DNA of 48,972 nucleotides from Pseudomonadota bacterium (GTDB lineage Bacteria; Pseudomonadota; Alphaproteobacteria; MED-G09): NCBI GenBank assembly GCA_036344135.1, contig JAYYUG010000050.1, positions 1 to 48,972 of the forward strand, read 5' to 3'. Shown piece by piece: positions 39,926 to 48,972 of this stretch (position 1 is its first letter; each line of letters starts with the position of its first letter). The notes under the pieces were generated by a model. It saw only the letters and a program-made list of their open reading frames with translations, ran no database searches and was not told where the DNA came from. The position numbers and the translations under genes were made by a program.

Positions 39926-42412
39926 TTACCAAGAATTCCTAATTTCTAGCATCCAGGTTGCTGGATCGCCCCACCCTTCAAAACGTACAGAAGTTAAAGA
40001 ATGCGTTCTGTATGCTTCATCTGTTAGGTTTCTTCCAATAAGAGCAACTGACCAATCACCTGCATCATAAGTAATTGTGGCATCAAGAAGGTCATATTGG
40101 TCCTCTGAATCTGGAAACGATGAAATAGTAAGGTTTTGATCATCGAAACCTCTGTATGTAACGTTGGTGTTCAATGAATGCCCGTTAGGTAGTGGGTATT
40201 CATAAAGAAGAGTCAGAGCATAGCTTGTTTCAGGAACCCTAGCTAATTGTGGAGGGGCACCTGCAAGTAGATCAAGTTGATTTCCTCCTGGTTGTGGAGC
40301 ACCACCAACACCAATCAAGCCAGAATCAACTACAGCCTCGTTAATTTTTGCATCAAGGAAGCCAAGATGCAATCTAACAGTCAAACCATCTACTGGGGGT
40401 AACCAGTGAACTGATATCTCTGCGCCAGATATCTCTGTTTCATCGTAATTAACAATGAATGTATCAGTCTGCCGGTAGGCTCCCTGCGTTACTAAGATTG
40501 ACTGAGCCTGGAAATTTTCTGTAGTAGTTTGGAATATAGCTCCGTTTAAGCGTAGTGTACCATCCAGAAACGTGTTTTTTGAACCGAGTTCAATCAATTC
40601 GGTGACCTCAGGTTCAAAAACTCCAAAGCCACAACCTTTCGATCCGCCACAAGCATGAGCTTGAGGCGCAAGAGCAAAGCCTTTGGCGTTCATTTCTGTA
40701 ACTTTAGCTACGTTTAGAGTATCCGAAGCGGCATATCTCATAGAATATCCACCAGAACGAAAACCCCTTGCATAACGTACATATACCAGACTGTCTTCGC
40801 TTGCCTGCCAATCGACAGTTGCTTCACCCATATACTCATCCCATGAATTTCCATTATCAAACCTAGGTAATACTACAGGGGCTTCATCGTAAGCCGTAGA
40901 ACCATATGTTGGATCTCCTCCTGGAACTATAGAGTTATATTGAGAGTGGAAAGTTTTCTTTTCATCTATGTATCTAAAACCACCCGAAATTGAAACTGTA
41001 TCGGTGATATCATATTGTGCAAGGGCGAAGACTGCATAAGATTCAGTATCCTGGCCAGAAGTTTGAATAACTCCTCCTGAATGTTGTTGAAGGCTGATTG
41101 AATCCTTCCACAAGTAAATTCCTGCAGTCAAATTAATTTGATCAGTAATCTGATTGTTCAACCTAATTTCTTGAGAATATTGTGTATAGTGCTGATTTCT
41201 TGCGGTATGCAATGAACCACCTAATGTGGCGGGGTTACCTTGTCCTTTTGCAAAACCTGGTAATGCGTCAAAATCTTGAAGAACATTATCATCCAATTGA
41301 ACAAAAGAAGTTGTGGATGATAGTTCTCCTAAGAGAGTAGACGTAGTAACCTGTAAGCTTAGTCTTTGGAAATCCATGTCAGATTGTTCAGGATTATCCA
41401 GGCTCACAGTATGAGGTGGAAAAGCTTCCGTAATATTAAAGAATCCTTCGAGACCTTTAAATCCGGCAAAAGGAAATAACCCTATTGCTGGAATACCTGC
41501 TGTACTCAGCTCTGTAACAGTAACTCCTCCCAAAGCTTTATTACACCCATTGTTAGCTCCTGGAACCAGACCTAAGCCTGCTCCAAAGTTTCCAACACAA
41601 CCCGGCCCATAAGGGTTACCAGAATAAGACACTGGTGCAGTATCACCTCGATCATAAAAAGCGTCAGCAATAAAATATATCTCAGTATCTTCATCAGGAG
41701 TAATCAAGAAACGAGCGCTGATTGATGCAAGATCTAATCGTCCTGAATCTTCTTCTGTTGCTCTATTGTAATAGTAACCTTCATGTTCTAATTTTCTTAT
41801 GTTCCAACGTGAAGAAACTTTATCTGAAATTGGAAGGTTTAGGATTATTCCCACTTCATAGGCATCATAATTACCGGCTGATATTTCTGTGCTTAATTCA
41901 AATTCGTCTGAGGGGCGAACTCTTTCAACAACGATGTTTCCGCAAGATGTATTCTTACCGTAAACCACACCCTGAGGACCGGAGTTAACTTGGACCTTAG
42001 CCCAGTCAAAAGCGTCTAAAAGAGTACCAGTATTTGTACCATGAAAAAGACCGTCGACAATCAACCCTACAGTTGGATTGTTAGTTTTTTCCACTCCTGC
42101 ATAACCGCAGCCTCTTACAAAAATAGCGCTCTGGTTACCGGAAGCAGAGTTCATGCCTACTTGAAGATTTGGTGCTAAACTATCCATATCCCTCATAGTG
42201 GTAGGACGAAAATCATCAAGCGCTTTCTCATCAATAGCATAAACTGCTACTGGAACATCTTGAATATTCTCTTCAACTTTACGTGATGTAACAACAATTT
42301 CATCGATTTGACGACCTACAGACGGTGCACTTGACTCTTGTGCGACAGTTATAGTCGAATAAGAAAACGATAAAAATAAACCAAATATGACAAATGATAA
42401 AAGATTTCTCAT
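39926..42412 (-). CDS. TonB-dependent outer membrane receptor
   Basis: Signal peptide, TonB box DEIVVTSRK, ENIQDVPVAV, GPQG..YGKN, RGFRSGG, RNLTDE.Y and terminal Trp; SD GGGAGG. Confidence 0.95.
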   Translation of the reverse strand: MRNLLSFVIFGLFLSFSYSTITVAQESSAPSVGRQIDEIVVTSRKVEENIQDVPVAVYAIDEKALDDFRPTTMRDMDSLAPNLQVGMNSASGNQSAIFVRGCGYAGVEKTNNPTVGLIVDGLFHGTNTGTLLDAFDWAKVQVNSGPQGVVYGKNTSCGNIVVERVRPSDEFELSTEISAGNYDAYEVGIILNLPISDKVSSRWNIRKLEHEGYYYNRATEEDSGRLDLASISARFLITPDEDTEIYFIADAFYDRGDTAPVSYSGNPYGPGCVGNFGAGLGLVPGANNGCNKALGGVTVTELSTAGIPAIGLFPFAGFKGLEGFFNITEAFPPHTVSLDNPEQSDMDFQRLSLQVTTSTLLGELSSTTSFVQLDDNVLQDFDALPGFAKGQGNPATLGGSLHTARNQHYTQYSQEIRLNNQITDQINLTAGIYLWKDSISLQQHSGGVIQTSGQDTESYAVFALAQYDITDTVSISGGFRYIDEKKTFHSQYNSIVPGGDPTYGSTAYDEAPVVLPRFDNGNSWDEYMGEATVDWQASEDSLVYVRYARGFRSGGYSMRYAASDTLNVAKVTEMNAKGFALAPQAHACGGSKGCGFGVFEPEVTELIELGSKNTFLDGTLRLNGAIFQTTTENFQAQSILVTQGAYRQTDTFIVNYDETEISGAEISVHWLPPVDGLTVRLHLGFLDAKINEAVVDSGLIGVGGAPQPGGNQLDLLAGAPPQLARVPETSYALTLLYEYPLPNGHSLNTNVTYRGFDDQNLTISSFPDSEDQYDLLDATITYDAGDWSVALIGRNLTDEAYRTHSLTSVRFEGWGDPATWMLEIRNSW

Positions 42413-42670
42413 AATGCCTCCCCAAAATAAAAAGTTTATAAGATCACAGACACATATTTTTCAATAATGCCGATTCTTTAGTACCATAGCTTCTCAATTT
42501 GTTAAATAACCGTCAACCAATAAATCGAAAATTTTGTAAAATAATCAAATAAAGGATATTAATAGTTGCATAAATACAACAAATTTATCTTATTGCTTAG
42601 TCCTAGGCTTTTCCCTTGAAATTATTTAAAATAAAAGCATTATATAGGTTCTGGAGTTTTTAAATTCTCA

Positions 42671-43945
42671 ATGAGTGAAGCAATTAAACCAATTGATAAG
42701 AAGTTAAAGGATGTGGATATCTTTGATCCAGAGCTTATGGGTTGTCCTCATTCTTTTTTTAAAAAACTTCGTGATGAAGCCCCGGTTTTTCAGGATCCAA
42801 CAACAGGTATCTTCCAAGTTTCAAAACACGAACTCATTTGCCAAGTAGCAAGGGATGCAAAACTTTTCTCTAATCAGTTTGGGGCAGTACAAAGAAGTGG
42901 CGGACAAGAATATCCGCAAGAAGCTGCCGATATACTTATCAATGAAGGTTATCCACCTGTTGATACAATGCTTACTGCAGATCCGCCAAGACACACGCGC
43001 TATCGAAGTCTTGTTGATAAAGCTTTTGCACCTAAAAGAGTTTCGGAGTTAGGACCTAATATAGAGGAAAAGATCAATTTCATTATTGATCAATTTTATG
43101 ACTCAGGAAAGTGTGAGGTTACAACGCAAATATCGAAACAACTTCCAATACGAGTGATTGCTGAACAATTAGGCGTACCCTTGGATGATTATGATAAATT
43201 TAGCAACTGGTCTGATGCGTTCGTCGCCCAGTTATCAGGAACAAGTTCTCCTGAAGAGCATATTGAAATTGCAAAAAAACTGGTTCAGTTCCAACAATAT
43301 TTTGCCAACAAATTAGATGAAAGCGAAGATAATGCTAGTGACGATATACTTTCTGACCTTGCAAATCTTACTTTCGAAGATGATGATGGAGTAAATCGTA
43401 AACTCGAAAAATCGGAGCAGCTTTCCATTATTCAACAACTACTAGTGGCAGGTAATGCCACAACTGCTCACTCCATAAGTGAAGCTATTTATTTATTGAT
43501 TGCTAATCCCGACCAGATGGATCTTGTTTTAAATGATTATAAACTAATACCAAATATGGTTGAAGAATCCCTCAGATTGTTAACTCCAACAAATAATATG
43601 TGGAGAATAGCAACTGCTGATACTGAGCTCGACGGTGTAAAAATTCCTAAAAATTCTTTAATCATTATAAGATACGGCTCAGGCAATAGGGATGAGGATC
43701 TCTTCGAAAATCCGGATAAGTTTGATGTAACCAGAAAAAATTCCCGGAGACATGTCGCATTTGGCCAAGGTATCCACGTATGCATCGGTATGAATCTAGC
43801 CAGAAAAGAAATGTATACCGCGTTTCCGATTATCCTGGATAGACTCAAAAACATGCGTTTTGGTGAGGATAATGACTTTGTATATAGTCCCAATGTTTTA
43901 CTGAGAGGGCTTAATAAGTTGAATATTGAGTTCGACGCAAACTAA
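42671..43945 (+). CDS. cytochrome P450
   Basis: DPPRHTRYR, I-helix AGNATT, EESLR and heme motif FGQGIHVCIG. Confidence 0.96.
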   Translation: MSEAIKPIDKKLKDVDIFDPELMGCPHSFFKKLRDEAPVFQDPTTGIFQVSKHELICQVARDAKLFSNQFGAVQRSGGQEYPQEAADILINEGYPPVDTMLTADPPRHTRYRSLVDKAFAPKRVSELGPNIEEKINFIIDQFYDSGKCEVTTQISKQLPIRVIAEQLGVPLDDYDKFSNWSDAFVAQLSGTSSPEEHIEIAKKLVQFQQYFANKLDESEDNASDDILSDLANLTFEDDDGVNRKLEKSEQLSIIQQLLVAGNATTAHSISEAIYLLIANPDQMDLVLNDYKLIPNMVEESLRLLTPTNNMWRIATADTELDGVKIPKNSLIIIRYGSGNRDEDLFENPDKFDVTRKNSRRHVAFGQGIHVCIGMNLARKEMYTAFPIILDRLKNMRFGEDNDFVYSPNVLLRGLNKLNIEFDAN

Positions 43946-43950
43946 AATAA

Positions 43951-44790
43951 TTATCGTTCAATAATATTATATTCTGAAATTTTTTTCTCTAATTCGGTGC
44001 TTTTTCTTTTTTTTGTGTCACTCTCAATAAAATCTTTTCTTACCTCGGAATAGACTTCTTCAAAATCGAGCTGTCTCTCAGGACTATAACCGTAGATCTT
44101 AACCAAGTGATATCCTAGAGAAGATTCTATCGGTCCTTGCCATTTGTCCGTATTGGCTGGTAGTGAAAAAATTTGATCGGTACCTTTTTTTCCAAAATGT
44201 CCAAGAATAAAAGAATAATTTTTTCTAGAATAATTTTTTTGATAAGGAAACACGCTACCTATTTGACCTATCTCAATATCAGAAGAAATACTTTTTTGCT
44301 CATCGTTAAAAAGATCACGATACCGTAGAATGTCACTTGAATTTTCCAGAAAAAAGATGTGCGTTAAACTAATTGTCACCCTTTCTATATAAGATTTTTT
44401 GTTTTTCTTATAAAAAGAAAAAAGTTCGTCTTCACTGATATCTTCTTCCCTTAAATCAGCCCCTACCAAGGCCAGTTCTCCCAATTGGGCTAAACGATTG
44501 GCAATAATCGTGTCATCTTCATCCAAACCCAAAGACTTGGCCTCTCTTTTCAAAACTTCCTTTTTGATAAAGTCTTTTCTTATAGACAAAATTTGTCTCT
44601 CAGATAATTCTTCAAATTCTGTAAAAAAGGGCTGCTCAAGATTGCGATTTTTTAAATAATATGATCTGAGTATTTCTTCACTAACTACAATTGTATGGGT
44701 GTCTTCTTTTAAAGTTGAATTAAGCACTCCCACAAAGATTGCAAGAGCTCCGATAAAAATTCCGGTTAATGCGAAATATCTTTTTCTCAC
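43951..44790 (-). CDS. membrane-anchored parvulin-like foldase (second copy)
   Basis: N-terminal TM, EVLKREA..LGLD.DD.II..RL.Q, THIFF, WQGPIESSLGYHLV and FEEV..EV..D. GTG start overlaps the DUF3604 stop (TAGTG). Confidence 0.82.
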   Translation of the reverse strand: MRKRYFALTGIFIGALAIFVGVLNSTLKEDTHTIVVSEEILRSYYLKNRNLEQPFFTEFEELSERQILSIRKDFIKKEVLKREAKSLGLDEDDTIIANRLAQLGELALVGADLREEDISEDELFSFYKKNKKSYIERVTISLTHIFFLENSSDILRYRDLFNDEQKSISSDIEIGQIGSVFPYQKNYSRKNYSFILGHFGKKGTDQIFSLPANTDKWQGPIESSLGYHLVKIYGYSPERQLDFEEVYSEVRKDFIESDTKKRKSTELEKKISEYNIIER

Positions 44791-46691
44791 TATTGAGGAT
44801 TATACCATATGGAAGAGGTGTAAGCGCGCTCCTGATGTGTTTTGGGAACGTAAGAAGGGATCTCTATACCAAAGGCGACACTATCGTACGTTGTCCACCT
44901 GGGTGTAGGAATCTCCAAAACTCTAACATAGTAGAAAGCTGATAAAGTTGGGTTAAAGTCAGGATCTTCCCAATAAGTAGTGATATAAGCTTCGCCTATG
45001 GAATTGTTATAAGTAGCATTTTCAATGTTTACGGTACTTTCCCCAGCATCATCCGAAACCGCAATATCGTAAACCTTCTCTTCAGATTTACCGTATCCAT
45101 TTACCCAACCTTTAATAACTTGAACACGCTCAATATTAGCACCATTAGGGTCCTTTGATGCCATAACCAAAAATCCGGGTGACTTCTGTTTTCCTCTAAC
45201 GCCTAGATCGGCCCCCATAGGAACTCCTTTAGAATATCCAATTTCAACAAAGTTTGGATTGACTGCATCATCTTTGGAAAAATTCCACCCTCCAAAGAAT
45301 CTTACTGCCATTCTTGGTCCTGTGGTGGCGTATGTTTCCTTTCTTTTCATGGCATCAAATATTTCTTCTCTAGTATTTTCGCGCGCCCATACAGCAGCAT
45401 AGCCAGCAGCGGTAATTTGCCAATTTCTCCATAAATCGTTCGATCCTTCAGCATCTGGTCTGCCGCAGCCACCCATACAATTGCTCATACGTTCTGGCCC
45501 AGGTTCTGAATCGAGAAATTTACCAAAAAAATTATCTTCTTCAGATGCAGGTAATGCGGTGTGAAAGTCAGTACTTCCTATAACACCAAACTTATAGGGA
45601 TTAGCGCCAATTTTTTTCTGCAACTCCAACCCTCTCCTTAAAGCAGGTCGAACATAGCTTCCCTTATATCTATGGGCTTCACTTTTTTTGTAGCGATAAC
45701 ATTTATAATTTTCTGGATCTTCACAATCACCAGTAATGCTAATCCTTTCCATTCGCTGAGTCTCACTTCTCCCAATATTACCTTCCCAGGTCTCATAATC
45801 AGCAAAAGGGTCGTCTGGAGAAACAGCAGGATGAGTCTCGCTGTCGCCTTTAACCTGGGTAGCTTCAACCAGAGGTTCCCATCTCATTCTCATATCAGCA
45901 TATGCCCTATCAATAGGTTGTCCTGAAGAATCCTTTAGCGGGAACATTCGTCCTCCACTAATATTGCTATTATGCGAAATAGAGATAGCCTCACCACCTG
46001 TCGTCGCATTGTAATCTTTTAAAAAAGACCAAAGATCTTCTGGGTTATTGCTGTCTAAGGCCGAGAAAGGGATAATTTTTTGTACCGTTTCAGCATCATC
46101 TTTAAAGATGACCACCCTATGAAGATTGTCGCCAGTCGGAGCGGGATTCCACTCATAACCTGAAAAAGCAGTAAAAACGCCCGGTTGATTAAATCGATCA
46201 ACATTATCGGTAATATCTTTCCAGATTGGTATATAAATTTCTTTTTCAAAAGTTTGTTCTTGATTACCATTAAGGCCTTGGACAAATTCCGTAAAAAGCA
46301 ATGGATTATCATCATCCATGTACTTTCTCCACCTTTTTCCCAAAGGTGTTGCTAATATTGTTGGGTCCCTATTTTCAATCCTTTTAAAAATACCAATATA
46401 AGTTGCATGATCTGAGACCATAAAAAAATCCAAAGGAACACGTAATTTTGCTTTTACCCCGCTTTCCGAAATTACCTCTTCTCCACGAGCAAAACGAAAG
46501 GCATCACTGGGTGTTAAATTCGAATTACCAATAGTATAGGCATCCGCAGAAATATTCGAATGAAGATGAGTATCGCCCCACAATAACTTGTCTGGAAAAT
46601 CTCTTCCTACACCTGGTGAATATTCCTTTGCATCTAATGAAAGGATAAAAAAAAGGGACAAAAAAATTGTAAATATTTTGTTTGAAAACAT
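44790..46691 (-). CDS. DUF3604 domain protein (PHP-like metallohydrolase) with Sec signal peptide (second copy)
   Basis: WGDTHLHS, VSDH, GYEW, NLHRVV, SHNSN, QVKGDSETHP, GSTDFH, YATTGPR, YYVRVLEIPTPRW and QERAYTSSIWY. Confidence 0.92.
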   Translation of the reverse strand: MFSNKIFTIFLSLFFILSLDAKEYSPGVGRDFPDKLLWGDTHLHSNISADAYTIGNSNLTPSDAFRFARGEEVISESGVKAKLRVPLDFFMVSDHATYIGIFKRIENRDPTILATPLGKRWRKYMDDDNPLLFTEFVQGLNGNQEQTFEKEIYIPIWKDITDNVDRFNQPGVFTAFSGYEWNPAPTGDNLHRVVIFKDDAETVQKIIPFSALDSNNPEDLWSFLKDYNATTGGEAISISHNSNISGGRMFPLKDSSGQPIDRAYADMRMRWEPLVEATQVKGDSETHPAVSPDDPFADYETWEGNIGRSETQRMERISITGDCEDPENYKCYRYKKSEAHRYKGSYVRPALRRGLELQKKIGANPYKFGVIGSTDFHTALPASEEDNFFGKFLDSEPGPERMSNCMGGCGRPDAEGSNDLWRNWQITAAGYAAVWARENTREEIFDAMKRKETYATTGPRMAVRFFGGWNFSKDDAVNPNFVEIGYSKGVPMGADLGVRGKQKSPGFLVMASKDPNGANIERVQVIKGWVNGYGKSEEKVYDIAVSDDAGESTVNIENATYNNSIGEAYITTYWEDPDFNPTLSAFYYVRVLEIPTPRWTTYDSVAFGIEIPSYVPKTHQERAYTSSIWYNPQ

Positions 46692-46745
46692 TTTTGGTTA
46701 CTCTCCGTTAGCTCTGAAGCAATTATAACATAAAAAAGTTAAAAG

Positions 46746-46777
46746 AAAAAAAAGCGACCAATTAAATTGGTCGCTTT
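46746..46777 (-). terminator. intrinsic terminator after TonB-dependent receptor
   Basis: AAAGCGACCAAT-TAA-ATTGGTCGCTTT with a T-run on the minus strand. Confidence 0.88.
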
Positions 46778-46786
46778 AATAATCTA

Positions 46787-48972
46787 TTAGTATTCCCAAG
46801 CTAACTCAAAACCAAGAACACGAGGATTACTATAATATGCTAAATCAAGCAATGCGCCGACATTTGTATGACCAACTTTTTCAACATCATCGGCTAAGTT
46901 TTTACCATAAACAGATAATCTCCAATTACCTTGAGAAGGAATGTAATCGACACTTGCGTTAAACACGCTGCGAGCTTCAATTTCTGAAAGTGCGTAACCT
47001 GTCACCCCAGAATTCAAATCATCATGATACAACCAACCTACGTTGATAACGCTTGAGGCCCCTCTGTCCATATCAATAGTGTAAGACATATTAAGAGATC
47101 CTGTAACATCTGGAGCATTTTGCAACGGAAGGTCTGAATAATCTTGCGCGCCAGTTCCAAAAACATCAGCAAAATATTCTTCATAGCCCGCATCATTGAA
47201 AGCTAAAGCAAGACTTAAACTAAAGTTATCCGATGGCACATATTCAAGTTCTAACTCTATACCGCTAATCTCCGCTTCTGCGGCGTTAGCAGTTACTGTT
47301 TCTTGTGGGTTTGGACATCCACAGTTAATAAGATTTCTAATCACAGTTCTTTGAAGATCTTCAAATCTCATCGTATAAATTGCTATATTTGTCCTTAAAG
47401 AATTACTCCAATCAGCCTTTAACCCGACTTCAAGTGCATCCACAGTTTCTTCATCAAATGGTCCTAATGTGGTAGGAGTGCCTCCTCGACCGTTAAACCC
47501 ACCACTCTTAAATCCTCTCGCAAGAGTAGCATAAATCATTTTACCATCACCAAGCTGATAATCGACACCAACTTTTGGTCCAAAATTTGACCATTCATCA
47601 TCTAGATACATTGGCGCTTGAGCATCTCCAACTCCAAAAGCTCTTTGCATATAGCTTTTTTCCTCTTTGGTATATCTTCCGCCCACGCTAATATTTAATC
47701 TGTCATTAACAGCGTAGGTAACATCGGCAAAAAGTGATGTCTGCTCATGCGATTGAGTCGTTATACCAATAATGTGAGCAAGGAAAGCTCCACTCGTATT
47801 AATATAGGTATCCCTTCTAAGCAAATAGTCTTGTTCGAAGTAATATACGCCGGCAACCAATGAAGTTCGATCATTAATATCAGTATTATAACGCAATTCT
47901 GTTGATTTTTGTTCATGTGGCTCAGTACGAACAATTCCAAACATAGGCGCAATAGTCCAATCAATCTCTTCTCTCATTTGATATTTTGTTTCCCTGTAAT
48001 TCGTAAGCGATGTCAGGGTGCCTGAGTCCAATTCCCAAATAGCTTCAACAGTTAAACCCTTAATGTCAGCATGAATAAAACCTGGGCCAAAATTGAGGTC
48101 AATATTTTTAGTATAACCACCGCCCAATTGACCATAAACCCGAGCCAAAATCTGATTTGGCTTAGAGGCATTTATCGCAGGAGTAGGTTCACTTCTATCT
48201 TTTGAATATTCTCCAATAAGCGTCAACTGGAAAGTATCGCTGATGTTAAATTCTAATATAGGTCGAACAGCAAAAACATCATCACCGCCTGTATCCTCAT
48301 AATCACCGGGATAATCATAACCCATTTGAGCAGCAACTGAATAATCTGGGTGAGTCATATATCTAGCTTTATAAAAACCATCACTTTTTTGCTGAAGAAC
48401 AGAAATCTTAGCATTTATCTTATCTGTTAATGGAGATTCAACCGCAACACGAAGGTCGCGTCTTCCATACTCTCCTACTGTTAGTTTTGCTTTGGCTCCG
48501 AATTCTCCAGTTGGTCTTTTTGATCGAACAACAATTGCCCCGGCAGTTGTATTTCTTCCAAAGAGTGTTCCTTGTGGTCCACGTAATACCTCCACTTGTT
48601 CGACATCAAATAAATCCAGGTTACTATTACTTGACCGAGGAACATAAATTCCATCAAGAAAAATACCGATAGGCGGATCAATGGTAGAGTCGATATCAGA
48701 GTTTCCAATCCCTCTCATAAAAACAGCTGCAGAATTTGTAAAACCTCCACTAGCATATTGGTTGATCATAAGATTTGGAACAGCCATAGCTAGATCCTTT
48801 AGATCTGTAGCATATAATTTCTGAATTCTTTCTTCAGTTAATGCAGTAATAGTTACCGGTGTTTCCTGGAGAGGCTCCTCTCTTTTTCGGGCAGTTACAA
48901 TGATTTCTTCAATACCAGTAAAAGTCTCTGCATCTTCTGATTGAGCAAAGCTGTTAGTACTCACCGTTAAGC
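46787..48972 (-). CDS. TonB-dependent outer membrane receptor (5'-truncated within the signal peptide)
   Basis: EEIIVTARKREE.LQETP, VEVLRGPQGTLFGRNTTAG, RGFKSGGFN and terminal aromatic residue. The frame stays open to the window edge. Confidence 0.95.
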   Translation of the reverse strand, partial: LTVSTNSFAQSEDAETFTGIEEIIVTARKREEPLQETPVTITALTEERIQKLYATDLKDLAMAVPNLMINQYASGGFTNSAAVFMRGIGNSDIDSTIDPPIGIFLDGIYVPRSSNSNLDLFDVEQVEVLRGPQGTLFGRNTTAGAIVVRSKRPTGEFGAKAKLTVGEYGRRDLRVAVESPLTDKINAKISVLQQKSDGFYKARYMTHPDYSVAAQMGYDYPGDYEDTGGDDVFAVRPILEFNISDTFQLTLIGEYSKDRSEPTPAINASKPNQILARVYGQLGGGYTKNIDLNFGPGFIHADIKGLTVEAIWELDSGTLTSLTNYRETKYQMREEIDWTIAPMFGIVRTEPHEQKSTELRYNTDINDRTSLVAGVYYFEQDYLLRRDTYINTSGAFLAHIIGITTQSHEQTSLFADVTYAVNDRLNISVGGRYTKEEKSYMQRAFGVGDAQAPMYLDDEWSNFGPKVGVDYQLGDGKMIYATLARGFKSGGFNGRGGTPTTLGPFDEETVDALEVGLKADWSNSLRTNIAIYTMRFEDLQRTVIRNLINCGCPNPQETVTANAAEAEISGIELELEYVPSDNFSLSLALAFNDAGYEEYFADVFGTGAQDYSDLPLQNAPDVTGSLNMSYTIDMDRGASSVINVGWLYHDDLNSGVTGYALSEIEARSVFNASVDYIPSQGNWRLSVYGKNLADDVEKVGHTNVGALLDLAYYSNPRVLGFELAWEY

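Noticed and set aside
42565-42580. Imperfect palindrome GTTGCATAAATACAAC between the TBDR and P450
   Set aside because: Single imperfect copy with no cognate regulator visible; not enough support.

Overview
Gene-dense, AT-rich (about 35% GC by eye) chromosomal segment. Gene content and synteny point to a streamlined marine alphaproteobacterium; a PS1/Parvibaculales-like lineage is an inference. The left third is core: petBA, cca, DUF6111, CoA pyrophosphatase, DUF1285, SDR, Ca/Na antiporter, groES-groEL, hisS-hisZ-hisG and aceB-aceA-rraA. The middle holds an amidase, MmcQ/YjbR, a 1076-aa mosaic RTX/FG-GAP surface protein, a PNPOx-like protein and a flavin monooxygenase. The right half looks like an uptake and catabolism region for lipophilic compounds: three TonB-dependent receptors, a carotenoid-oxygenase-family enzyme, ALDH, P450, a heteromeric ACAD pair, two SDRs and an MFS transporter. 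It also carries two copies of an uncharacterised module of an exported DUF3604 (PHP-like) metallohydrolase plus a parvulin-like foldase, one copy with HupE/UreJ. Strongest unusual signals: (1) HisZ has an in-frame N-terminal Cro/YdaS-like HTH domain, with two TTCAT-N5-ATGAA palindromes directly upstream of its own start; (2) the duplicated DUF3604-foldase-(HupE/UreJ) system; (3) a catalytically dead SDR paired with an intact SDR; (4) a phage-type cupredoxin-like domain nested inside an RTX module; (5) a P450 lacking the I-helix acid residue. I saw no rRNA, tRNA, CRISPR array, integrase or transposase. Family assignments come from motif recognition, not database searches.
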